Part shown: positions 1 through 11,064 of the stretch, in pieces
How positions within the stretch are numbered: position 1 is the first letter of the stretch
Layout of the letters: each line of letters starts with the position of its first letter
NCBI GenBank assembly: GCA_001949185.1
Contig: BDGG01000002.1
Span: forward strand, 6,066,448 to 6,130,447
Reading direction: 5' to 3'
Length of the DNA: 64,000 bases
Source: Ramazzottius varieornatus
Lineage: Eukaryota > Animalia > Tardigrada
Made by a program: the position numbers and the translations under genes
The notes under the pieces: generated by a model
What the model saw: only the letters and a program-made list of their open reading frames with translations
Database searches by the model: none
Told to the model about the DNA's origin: nothing

Positions 1-2611
1 CGGTCTGGTGTTTACTAAAGGAAGAAGATACTTGGCCAATCTTGTGGATGTTCATTATTGCTCATAAAAACAGAAAACAATAAAACCAAGCTTACCGCCC
101 CACGATCGGTTGCGACGAGGTATCACCTTACTGGCCATGTTGTTGCTGGAAGCGACGACCGGAGCGCTCGAGACAGACGAATCCGGTTCGACACGATCAG
201 GCTGGGCGGCAGCAGCGCCGGAAGTCCAGTTCCACACTTCAAAGTCTTCGCCGTTAATCTGCTGGAACTGACTGCCGATGCGCGATTCGTGTGCTTGAAT
301 GTAAGCGACCGCTTCGTCCCAGACCGGAAGCAGGCGTTTTCGATCAGGACCATGAGGCACCAGCATCTCGCGAATGTGGGACAGCGGAACAGCCTTTCCG
401 TTCTGCTCATGTTGATTACGAACGTGACCTGTACAATGTCATAATAAAGAACGAAATTACTCCAACTTCGTTTTTTAGTCAGTTTCGAAAGCAGTCTCGA
501 TGATAGACGATAATGCTATATCAGATTAGAACTTACCGATAATACTGTTGACCATTTGGTAAACCTGTTCCTGTCGTTTCGATCGACGTTGGAGGAAATA
601 GTAGAACCAGGCGCCTGCGGCGGATAGAGCGCCAATACCTGAAAGGATGCCAGTTATTCGACAGATTACTTCTATACTCAAATGGAATCCCAGACTCACC
701 CAATCCTAGCAAAGAGATCCTGAATAATGTAGTCTTCACCGCTTCTTTCAGGTTGCACAAGAAGCTCTTGGTGGCGAATCGCGATTCCAGAAATCGAACA
801 TCCTTCACAGTGCTGGCGTTCCTCCTCGTTTCAGTCAGAGCACTGTAGAAAAAACCCCAGCGGAAATCGTGGAGCGAGCCCGGTATAATTTACTATGGAA
901 TAAACACAGTGTCTTGTACTGAAATGTCTTACTCGATGCCCCAGTGAGGATTTGCAATAATGAGATTGACGGCTCTGCCAAAATCCCCGGCATCACTCAG
1001 ATGGACATTCTCCACTGCGTAATCTTGAGCGGCTCGGTAGCTCATCGATGTGGGCCCATGTCCTTCGCAGCTAGCATCGCCTAAACATTAACCACAATTA
1101 GCTATTGTCCAAAAGCCCGACCGTTTCTGTTCAAAGACATATGTGCAGCTTAGCGTACAGGTTACCTTTCATCGAAGCTAGCTTTTTAGCTAGATGAGCC
1201 ACCATGTCCATAGCGATTGTCACATCTTCGAAACTGTTGCACGTTCCATCGCCGACCACTTTACCATCTTCACACTGGAGCAACTTGTCAGCTAAAACAG
1301 AAACCAGAAACATCATAATGCCATAAGATTTTACAGGAATGAAGATCCTTACCCAAAGCAGGTCTTCCTAGTCGGAAGTGCATGATGCTGCTGTCAATGT
1401 CCGAAGAGTCCCATTTCATTCGCGCATAGTAGGCCAGAACACCAACCAGAAACATGAGGAACAGAGCTAACAGAAGGCGTGAAATGTTCCGACCAAACCA
1501 GCTACTCCAGCCTTCTTCTTCCTCTGTCCGGCTAGTACTACCGCTGCTGTTAAAGACCAGTGGTCGAGGGCGAGGCGGCTCATGCCGAGTGTAGTGTCGA
1601 TCTGTCTCTTCGCGGCTTGATGGCTGAGGAGTCAAGTGGATTGGATCAGCCAAAAGACGGCTGAAGAAACCTGAAAGTAAGCAAGAAGTTGAGACAAGAA
1701 CTGCTGAATGAAGTCGAAAACTGAGGAAGTATCTCGTACCTGGTCGTTTCTTCGCGGCAGGGAGATCAGTCTCGTCACTCTGACGAACCAAAGATGCCAG
1801 ACTTGGACGTCCAAGAGTCGATCGTCGGCCATCGTCGCGAATGGGTGTCATAGCGCCGAAGGAGTCGTGAAGAGAGCTGTGGGGTCGCTTCTCAGTTGGA
1901 GTACTGGTCTTAGGCTGTTGGCGGGCGAAGAAACGACTGAACCCATTGCCGCTCGAGGGTGAATCGGTCGAAGCCACGATTCTTGGCCTCTGGTTACGAG
2001 CACCCCATAGAGATCGTCCATTGAGAAAACCGACCAGAGGCGTCCCCGCTGTAACAAACATGGAAGATGAGTATACGACATTACACATTAGTCATTACTG
2101 ATCGAGTGTCAGTTGATTGGGAATTGATTGACAAACCAGTGGCATCTGCAGAGGTAGAAGAGCCAGAGGATCGCTGCAATCCGCCAACTCGACCAAGTTC
2201 CACGACATCATCATCTTCGTCCGAGCTAAAAGCTGCTGTAGATCGGGTAGCAGGTCTGCGAGTAGCAGAAACTGGCTTGACAGGTCGGGGAAGGGAATTC
2301 AGCTGAGGCGAGGGAGTTCGCTTGATTGTTTGAGTGGCTCCGGGTAATGGTGGCCCGACAAATCCTGCCGGTAGTCCACGGCGAGTGGGACTGGGCTGCC
2401 GGGAAGTGACCGTTTCCGTGGTGGTGACTACCGTTGTCTTCTTCTCGCTGGCGGAAGGAGTAGAGATCACTGGTTTCCCATCCAGTTTGAGGAGTCTGTT
2501 CTGGAGTGTTTTGCGTGTGCTTTCGGTGATCGGCGGCACGTTCACGCCGTGCGATCGGAGGCGATCCCGTAGCTGGTTGTCAGTTAAGGCAGCTATTTCC
2601 TGATCGGCCAT
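1..2611 (-). CDS. LEM-domain inner nuclear membrane protein (MAN1/LEMD2 family), multi-exon, 3' end outside window
   Basis: ATG at 2611 starts MADQEIAALTDNQLRDRLRSHGVNVPPITESTRKTLQNRLLKL (LEM motif). It is followed by a low-complexity Ser/Thr region, TM1 (ISRLLLALFLMFLVGVLAYY), a luminal Cys region, TM2 (LLGLGIGALSAAGAWFYYFL) and an MSC-like segment (VPLSHIREMLV...WDEAVAYIQAHESRI...INGEDFEVWNW). GT-AG introns join these in frame. There is a 5' UTR intron at ~2622-2718. Confidence 0.88.
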
Positions 2612-3349
2612 CTCTTGCTCCTGCAAAGTGGGAACAAAATTTTAAAGCTGCGGCCACAATAGCCGAACGGAAAGTAAATCCACAACAACGTACGTACACC
2701 AGATTCAACGCACTTACCTGTCGTTGTGAGTTGTCACGCTGTTACAGTGTTACTCCAGAGGTTAAGTATCACAAGACGATGTCCAAACAGCTTCGATGCA
2801 GTGAAGAGTACAATAGAAGATCGCGCAGTTAGGCTCAATTACAGGGTGGAAATCCAGAACCAGATCTAGAAGAGAAAGCTTTCAGTATCAGCCCTCATCA
2901 GGACATGGACGATAGTAGTTCCAGAATTCACAAGTTAACGGCAGTACTAGACTGCGTGCGCAAAATCAATCAGCAGCTCACGTTTGCCCTCTCACATTAC
3001 GACTCTCACATTTGATCCGGACCGACTCCACCCCGACTTCGGTATTGGGCGAAGGCCAAATGTGAGCCGTCAGCCGTTATGTGAGCAGCTGATGGCTCAC
3101 AAACTCGGCGATGAAATGTAAGAACGACGAACGGAAATTTCCACCCCGCACATGTTTTTGAATTTCCACTGACTCCGATCATTAGAACGGCAACATCGGG
3201 AATTAAGAAGTAACGGAAGTGCCGACGTTTTGATATGTAGTTTGATTCAAATACCGGTAAAACCAGCAAGAAGAAGGCTGCCTTTTAAATCCTTGATCTT
3301 TCGGTGCTTCTAGTGGAAAAAAGTCTGTGCTCGTGCGTTTTGGCCAGGA

Positions 3350-5130
3350 ATGGCGGACGATGGATGGAACGGACTCGATCTCCTGTGGGAAGCAGCGCTT
3401 TCCCGCGAGTCAGCTGATGTAGACTTATCCGATGTCGTCAGCTCCGAAACTACCTCCAGCACTCCAGCAGTAACGCTGCTCTCTTCACCAGGACAATTAT
3501 CTATGACTCTCCCGGTCAATCAGCCAAAAGGTTCCGGCATTAGCAGCAGGCCGTCTGTAACGTGCGGACATCCGGCGCAAGTGCATGACGCACCATCAGT
3601 TTCTCCCACATCAGCGTCGTCTTTAGCTGCTCCAGTTCACAGAGAGATCAACAACAGGAAAAGATTACACGGTTCCAAACCATGGACTTCGGACGCAGGT
3701 CGACAGCGACGTGACAGAGATTCCGAAGCCGAAAAGACGGTCGAGGAAAGAATGGACAGCGACACTACTGCGCCTCGTCCGAAGTTAACCCGCGAAAAGG
3801 AAACGTATGAGAGACTGCTGGCCGTGGATGATACCAATCCCTATCAGTATCCTCCCGGAAAAGAGTGTACTCTCGCGTGGAAGGTAGCTCTACGCCATTC
3901 CTTAAGAAACACTTATCAGCCTACAGAACCAGAACTCATGCTGAAAATGAGAAAGAAATCAAGGCACAGAAGAACAAGGACGCCGATGCTTCGCATAGTC
4001 TTCAGGTTCTTGTTGATCGAAAAGTGAAAGAATTCAATGGAGAAGCATCAAAAGCGCCAACGAGAATCTGGCGATGAGCAGGATCCTGTCAATATAGTCG
4101 ACCAAGTGATGCAGTCCCTTGCGGAGAAGAAAGATAATCAGCCTTCGGCTGTACCCAAGGCCGAGCAGAGAAGCCCCGGCGCAATCAGTGACGAAAGTCT
4201 GATTCGTGGGATGAGCACAGGCAACAAGGCTACAGCGCCGCTGTATTCTGTCGGCGACAAAGATACCTCAGATGGAGCCGAAGAACACGCTCAGGATGTC
4301 CGAGCAAATTTGGGTGAGTCTCTTCAACAACCCTGCGACAGTCGTCCACGCTTAACCGTTCTTTCTCCTTTCAGTGGAAGATTGATCTCAGCCCGTCAGA
4401 GAAAAAGGCTAAGTATTTACCGGAAGCCACAGGTAACCCTTTCCGCAAGTGAGCTACAGCACATATCTGCAACGGATGAAACAGAGCTGTGTCTGTTACA
4501 GAGACCAGCAAAGCAGCCAAAAAAGCTGCGATAGCCACAGCGTATCGGAAAGCTCTAACTAAAGACGGAACGGCAGAAGAACAACAGTTTCCCGAAGGTA
4601 GACCAGCGGAATTCACTCTATAGAATAATTTGATGAAAGCAGTTTCACCTCAACTAAGGGAAAATCTGTGTTTCCGAACGGATTCGATTTACCGCGATTC
4701 GTTCGAGACGATTGATGATACAGCATGATACAGCAAGATCGAGACAAACTTTCTAGTCCTTTTAAGCCTTTGTCTCAAGCGCGGACTTCCGGCGCAGCCC
4801 TTAGTGCGCTGCTTTGTTCTCGGCAAGATGTTCATCAAAGTGAATGACGCTGGTTCGTCAGGCCTTCCTTTGAGGACCACTCGCCGAATTCCCGCCGCGG
4901 ATCTCCTCCAAACATACAACACCGCTGCTAGCCAAATCGAGGCCATGCGTGACTCGGACAAAATCGAAAGACAGATCGATTTGGAAGAGCGCAAGAACAA
5001 TCGCGAATGGCAGAAAGAAGGTCGCGAAAGAACAGGAGCTCAAAGAAAAACATCTGAAAGTCGAGAAAAAATCCGATTGACCGAAGCTAAAGAACGTTGG
5101 GAAGTATTACGACTCTGCGAGACGTTCTAA
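3350..5130 (+). pseudogene. Transposon accessory ORF A (Myb/SANT-like motif plus C-terminal coiled coil), frameshifted
   Basis: The ORF fragments 3350-4027, 3865-4077, 4037-4534 and 4804-5130 are in different frames. LLAVDDTNPYQYPPGKECTLAWKVA resembles the DNA-binding ORFs of Harbinger-type elements, and the tail is E/R/K-rich. It lies inside the TIRs and converges on the transposase. Confidence 0.55.
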
Positions 5131-5134
5131 TCAA

Positions 5135-6101
5135 CTATGCTAAGAAATAATCCACGGTAGCCGAGAGACCAAGCTTAAATAAAGAAAAATGAAAAACGGT
5201 TGTTGTTTTTGCGAATACATGTCGATTTCTTACTGCCGGGAAACCAAGCTAATTTTCTTCTACAAAACCAAAGTATATTTCAAGAAGCGGAGGATCGACG
5301 CCAAATTTTTTCCGGACAAGAGGAAAGCCGTACATGTTGCTTTCTCCCAACATGAAACCGTCATGACGGCGACCTGCACAGGGACCATACATATTCGCGA
5401 TTATACCATCTGGAGTGTATATACTTGACGTGCTTCCGTGAGTGTCCACTGTACTGCTCCCTCTGATGTCTTTTGGGACAAAAAAACGCTCGGACAGTTC
5501 CGTCGATGAATCCCCAACAGTTATCTGTAATTAAAAAATGCTCTGAACTTCCGAGCTGTTCTTGGTATGAACAGACTGCCAAGGATTTACCATAATACCC
5601 ACAGGCCCCGATGTATGGCATTAGCATGGAGATCCACGCGTTCCCTCGTCAGCTATGATTGATCCATGTTTTCTAACAGGTGACTGTGTTTCCTGTGTAT
5701 AGCAGAATCTGTGGCGTTGAAGATGCGCGACTGCTGGGTTCTTTCTCGGCCTAGATGGTCCATGCAGTGGACCCATCTATTTGGAAAGGCCAGCTGCTTC
5801 AGTAGCACAGCTAAAGCGAGACTTCTAGAGACGACGACTCGGTTTCAACGATGACGACTTCCGGTAATTGTAAGGCATCGCGTAGTCTGCAGAAATCCTG
5901 ATAATTCTCCATCCGGAAGTGGTATCGTATCTTTTCATTCGGCATATTCACTAAATCGATCTCATGTCTCACGTAGTACCGTTCGTATTCGAGAGCAGCA
6001 TGACAATAAAGCAACATGTCCGTCTGCCATCGTAATAGTCGAATGATCTTCCGTTTGCGGCGAGCATAACGAATTCGGAGCGCTTGGATTTCCGCGCACA
6101 T
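5135..6101 (-). pseudogene. PIF/Harbinger-like (DDE_Tnp_4) transposase pseudogene
   Basis: Motifs present: IRYHFRM, LLKQLAFPNRW..LGR, NCWGFIDGTVR...QREQYSGHSRKH and TPDGIIANMYGPCAGRRHDGFML. They are broken by frameshifts and stops. The later catalytic segment (GD.AY...E) is not recognisable and appears deleted. Confidence 0.88.
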
Positions 6102-6752
6102 GTTATCCAAATCGATGAAAAAGCTAGGTGGATGTGGTCGGTGGACAGGACATATAACCGCTTTCAGCAGGAGGCACAACCATCTAGTTGTGGAAACTGA
6201 AGAACTCTGTAAATGGGGGAGCTTTCAGTTAGACGTAAAACGATATTGATTGGTTGAAACACCGGCAACCGGAAGTCGTAGAAAAGTCTCCGTTCTTTGA
6301 GAGGCTCATGCTGGTTTTTCTATTCCAAGTATTCTATTTATTTTTAGCTACGGAGGCCGAAGCATGTAGGTTCAATCGAACCCACCAACGGAATGACTTC
6401 AGCTGACTGCTAGAAAAAACAGAGTGCGGTCTTCTGCGAGCTCGAAAGATGAAGTTTCAGTAAAGGGCGTTAAAGGAAGCTTCGACAGGAGACCGTTCAG
6501 CGACAACTGCAGTCACCTCAAAGACGCCGTATTGAAGTAGAACGGGAAAAAGGACGAGATATGGTTTTCTACTGCGTGAGACCATCGAAAACTGACACGA
6601 AACTAAAAAAAAGTAAACGAAGCTCTTTGTATTATTCGACAAAGGCACAACCCTGCTTGTCCAAATGTGTCTGTGAAAAACCAGAAAACAGACTTCACGT
6701 CACGAAGACTGTAACGTGAATTATAGCTATCAGGCTGAGTGCCCTCACCATC

Positions 6753-7713
6753 TTAAGGATAGAATCGTTGCTGGAAGTCTCGGCGATACAGCGACTTCTC
6801 AGCTCGATCACTGGCCGCAGTTAACTTGTTCTCGCGATTACGCTCATCCTGCCGAACGCGGTCTTCCTTGAGGCGTCGAGCTGCCATGGCTTGGTCCTCC
6901 TTCGATCGATCGTTCATCACACGAGCTTCCTCAAGAGCGCGGTCTTCCGCGCGTCACTGGTCTTCTTGCTGGCGCTCTACACGCACGCGTGCATCTCTGA
7001 CTTCTTTGTCGGCCAAGAAAGCCAGAAAACCGTCACGTCGCGCAGCGTCTCGCGTAGGTGGACGGCGAGCTCGGAGTGGCTCAACACATATGCTCTGATG
7101 ATGACCTCACTTCAAACAGTTGAAGCAAAACGCGCTTTTACGGTACAGGTCGTCCTGCGTGAGTACAAAAAATACAGACTGTTCAGAATTTTGTTTACGG
7201 TTATCAGAAATTACGGTTCTGTGATCGGCAGTCAAGCTCGCAGAGCGAACGCTTACTTTGATTAGCTTTCTGAGCAGGAGGGCGGTATTCCGGCGCAGAA
7301 ATGGATGGGCTGTTGCCTTCGACATGTTCTGTAATCAATCAAATATTCAGGCTGGACGTCTCTTCATGATACTGCTAACAGATCCTGACGATACGTTGGT
7401 TATTCAAGTTTCCAGCGCGGTCTTCCGGCGCATTCTGTTCTCCGTTTAACGTATGTTCCACATCTATTTCAACAAGCATGGTCCCCACCTTCGTTAGCAG
7501 GAAGATCGAAATAAAGAAAGCGATACTTACGGTTAACTCGGCTGTCAAACCCGCGGAAGCGAGACATTCGTTCAGCTGAGCTGACAACCGACGAGCTATC
7601 GTCCCATTCTTCTGCCGCCGTCTTTCCGGTAACCATCTTGGTAGCGGTCGGGGTGAGTCCGCTTCCTATTATGGATGGAAGTTCTGCAGAGTCTGGATGT
7701 TGGAGGGTGGCAT
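6753..7713 (-). pseudogene. Transposon accessory ORF B remnant (charged coiled coil)
   Basis: The minus frame reads DGFLAFLADKEVRDARVRVERQQEDQ*RAEDRALEEARVMNDRSKEDQAMAARRLKEDRVRQDERNRENK...FYP*, with an in-frame TGA at 6954-6956. Upstream fragments (TIARRLSAQLNECL) are disrupted by stops. Confidence 0.5.
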
Positions 7714-8070
7714 AGGCTAGCAGAAGATCAGTTTACTAATCAGAAAACGGAAAACTGTGAGATGACGAAATGTGACGGATGTTCGCAGTTGCGCACGTGA
7801 AAAGCAAGACGCTCACGATTCCGTCACTAAAACCACAACAAAGGTCGATTTAGGGCGGAGTTGATTCGGTCAAATGTGAGAGATTATGTGAGAGTTCGAA
7901 ATGTGATCGGTTGATTGATTTTGCGCACAGTCCCTACTAAGTTACTTATCAAACATGGTGATGCGTCGCTTGGCCAGGGATGCTTCATACTTCAGTTTGT
8001 ATTGCAGAAATGACATGAACACGACCGCAGATGAATTGATCTTCTTTTGGGGGTGGCTGATTTGCGCACT

Positions 8071-10608
8071 AGAAAGATTGCGGAACTACTTGAAACAGAG
8101 CCTATCAGGGTCGCTGACAGGGTCGAAGTCACGCCTACAGACGGGCTTCCCTGATACTTTCAAATCAGGGTGCGTGAGATCGCAAAGTGTTTGTTGTCGT
8201 TTGCTAGCTTTGTCTTGCCGACGTTTCCGGCTGGGTTGAATTGCAGCCTCTGTCAACCCGTGAGATCTGCACCAGAACTTCTCATATCCGTTCGGCAGAA
8301 CCTAAAGACAAAGTGGAAGAAAACCTAGTACATGTGCCATGTAAACTGTAACACGGAACTAGTGCTGGGATAAATATGATGTATCGTATCTTATCGAAAT
8401 ACATCACATCACTGTGATTCGATATGACAAAAATATCATATCGTCATATCGATATGAACGGAGTATCGCTGAGTGGAATATGATAAACGAAAATATCATA
8501 TCGCGGTATATATTTCTCAGAAATATATCGATTAATCGCAAACCCGCACTTGAGAATCGGAACTTCGGAAGTCAATACTCCGGTTCGGTACCGCGCAGGC
8601 AGCGCAGCCTCACCCGTAATGTATCGCGCACATGCATCCAAGCTGACTTCGGAGAAGTGAACTGTCAGCGTACCTAGGTGCGTAACGACAGAGCTTGATA
8701 GATTGAGCAACGAACACACTCGCGTACACGAAGTCATTTGACTTTTGTTCTAACTCAAACGTAGTGAACGACAGCCGTTTGGTTTCTCTTTCCTGATTCC
8801 CATAGTTTTCAACATGGCACTGGCTTGATACATCGATATATCACTGCAATAAAATCCGATATATCAACAATAAAATATCAGGAACGTAACATATAGACCG
8901 CTTGAGTCATCGTAGAAAATTGTTCAGGCATTCTAAAGCCCTTAAATTGGGGCAAACTATGGCAAGCCTGAGCTTATAGCGGAAGATCAACGAGAAATTC
9001 CTTGTCACCGAAAGTGGAATCTACCATCAGTCATCCGTTGTACGTACAGGCATAGTGCATTATTATACCCTGTTGATCGTGCAGTGCCGTCAAGTAGGAC
9101 TATCAACAGGGTTATCAATAATATCAATCCGTATTAATTAATACGCCAACATCTTCGAATGTTTAGTACGGAATCGATTGATCAAATGCGAAACACAACT
9201 CATGACTCATCAAAAACTTGTAAAAATTCGTCAAAAAATAAGAAAAATCAGAAAAATCGGGCAATCATCCTAAGTAAAGGATTGTGCTGTCTGGAGCTCG
9301 GGCTTCCTCTGTTGAGTTTGCGATCCAGAGTCCCTTGGGTATTCTGCTTGGCGCTGCGTTCCTTGTCGTATTGCTGCGTTAGGCCGTCGCTCGTGCTTAC
9401 TGGCAAACGGAAGTAAGTCTCTGAAGTTTCGCAGATGCAGCACAAGGGACCCTGTTAGACGAAAGTCAGGAACGTTGAGTGTTGGTTGACAGCCAGTGTT
9501 ACTTCAATCATCATAATGGGCATTTTAATAATTAAAATCGTTCAAATTGTGCGGTGTGACGCTCGCTTGATTGATTGGTCTATAATAGAAAATCGAGTTT
9601 TAATTTAATAACTGAAATTCGTCAGCAATAATTGATTCTACTTGCAGTCAGCCGATCACGTAGACTAAGCATAAGAACGTGACTTTCAATAATTTTAATT
9701 GCATAGTAAAATAACAATGTTGACAGCATCGAGTGTGTAAAATACATTCGCGGGGGCGGCACCCTAACGGGTACTGTTGCCGCCGAGGGAGGCTAAAAGG
9801 GAAGAACTGGGATGATGGCAGCGCGTAACCCAAGTTCCCAACCATCGAATTACTCCTTGTGACTCAGAATACAATGCTATAGCCTCATTTCCTTCCTTTG
9901 TGACGTACTTTCGCTTCTCCTCAGTCACATTCCATTCACAAGCTTATCTTCACTAATGTTGTACTTTGCCCAGTGAAGGGCAGAGTTCAGCAGATGGGTT
10001 TAAACACAAAGTTACGAACAAAACCAGCTCCCCAACGACAGCTCGTGCCCAAAAATCCCATGTCAGACGACCTGAAGTGGTTTGACATCGGATAACAAGG
10101 GGTATCAAGTCGCATGCGAGGTTGTATTACGAAGCTCTGCGAGGTGCGAGCATCACGTGATAGCCTCACACTGTATCGGCGGCAATAAAAGTTGTGATGC
10201 TTCCGTCGTCGCGAACAGTCACGTTCGAGTTGGAGTGCCCAGGATAACGTGTCTTCTTCTTTCCTTCGACCGACACCAGAGATGACACTGATAAGTTGTC
10301 TGGAGCGAGGACAAGACGTTTCTGGCACAGGTGAGTCAGATGACGGAGAAATCGGGAACAGAAGTTATGAAAACACGCTGGACGCCATTGCGCGGGGTTG
10401 AAAATGATCAAAAGCCGTCACCCCAGGTGTCGTCAAGTGCGATCAGCCTTTAGGTCTCAAACCCTGATCAGTCCAGTCTCATCAGGGTCGGTGAAGATTC
10501 GTCAGACTTCGTTTCAACCAATCAGGGCCTCGTCCCTGTTTGTTTGTAAACCGAAACCCTGATCATGATTTCACCCTTGATCGCCCGGGGATGCCCCGCA
10601 ATCAGTCT
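8071..10608. mobile_element. Non-autonomous DNA transposon with 13-bp TIRs and subterminal ATCAGGG repeats
   Basis: Left end AGAAAGATTGCGG versus right end (reverse complement) AGACTGATTGCGG, 11/13 identical. ACT flanks both sides (8068-8070, 10609-10611). ATCAGGG/CCCTGAT motifs cluster at 8104-8170 and 10461-10565. No intact ORF. Confidence 0.62.
8361..8550. repeat. MITE-like element rich in GATA/TATC motifs
   Basis: Ends AGTGCTGGG ... CCCGCACT form an imperfect inverted pair. Interior repeats AAAATATCATATCG twice and has many ATATCG/CGATAT motifs. A similar fragment lies at ~8825-8880. No TSD found. Confidence 0.45.
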
Positions 10609-11064
10609 ACTAGGCAACAATCGCCCTCAGTACCGCACCGCATCGCACCGCACCGCTCAGGCTTCCCCGGGCTTGGGTCAGGGGCTATGAACCTATGACG
10701 CAGTGGCTGAAATTTGATTCAATCGAGTGCTACAACATACGTTTCCAAGCTTGCACAGCACTCGAGAATCGGAATTCGGAATTCTGAATTCTTGTATCCC
10801 GTATCCTGACAGGTGTTTTCTCTCAGATCTGGTGTTACTCGGCAGTGGAACCAGCTGGCGGATAGACGAAAGGCGGGAAATTCTCAGACTTGTCATCGAG
10901 CTGTTCCTTGTCTAAGACATGTGATCTGCGTGTCTCCTTCCACCACGGTTTTGCCACCTACGTGCAGCGGATGGGTCAAGTCAGTATTTTCAGAGCTGAA
11001 TGCTGTGGTTGTATATGGAAGCTGATAGATTGAGGTCTACTGTTGTAGGCAAGATACGAAAGGA

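Larger units (their letters stand above)
2949..7935. mobile_element. Decayed PIF/Harbinger-like (PHIS, Pangu-like) DNA transposon, ~5.0 kb
   Basis: Imperfect TIRs of ~85-90 bp: left AGACTGCGTGCGCAAAATCAATCAGCAGCTCAC...CTCTCACATTTGA, right (reverse complement) AGGGACTGTGCGCAAAATCAATCAACCGATCAC...CTCTCACATTTGA. ACT flanks both sides (2946-2948, 7936-7938). Contains a DDE_Tnp_4-type transposase remnant. Confidence 0.82.

Noticed and set aside
3259-6318. 10-bp inverted match (AAAACCAGCA) as the transposon TIR
   Set aside because: It is too short. The much longer TIRs with a TSD at 2949/7935 explain the element better.
6954-6956. In-frame TGA in a coiled-coil ORF as selenocysteine or readthrough
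   Set aside because: It lies in a transposon ORF with other stops and frameshifts. There is no redox motif and I saw no SECIS.
9067-9112. 11-bp inverted repeat ACCCTGTTGAT/ATCAACAGGGT
   Set aside because: An isolated hairpin inside a decayed element, with no second copy seen.
10769-10794. GAATTC repeats as a heat-shock element
   Set aside because: The 7-bp period does not fit alternating nGAAn spacing.
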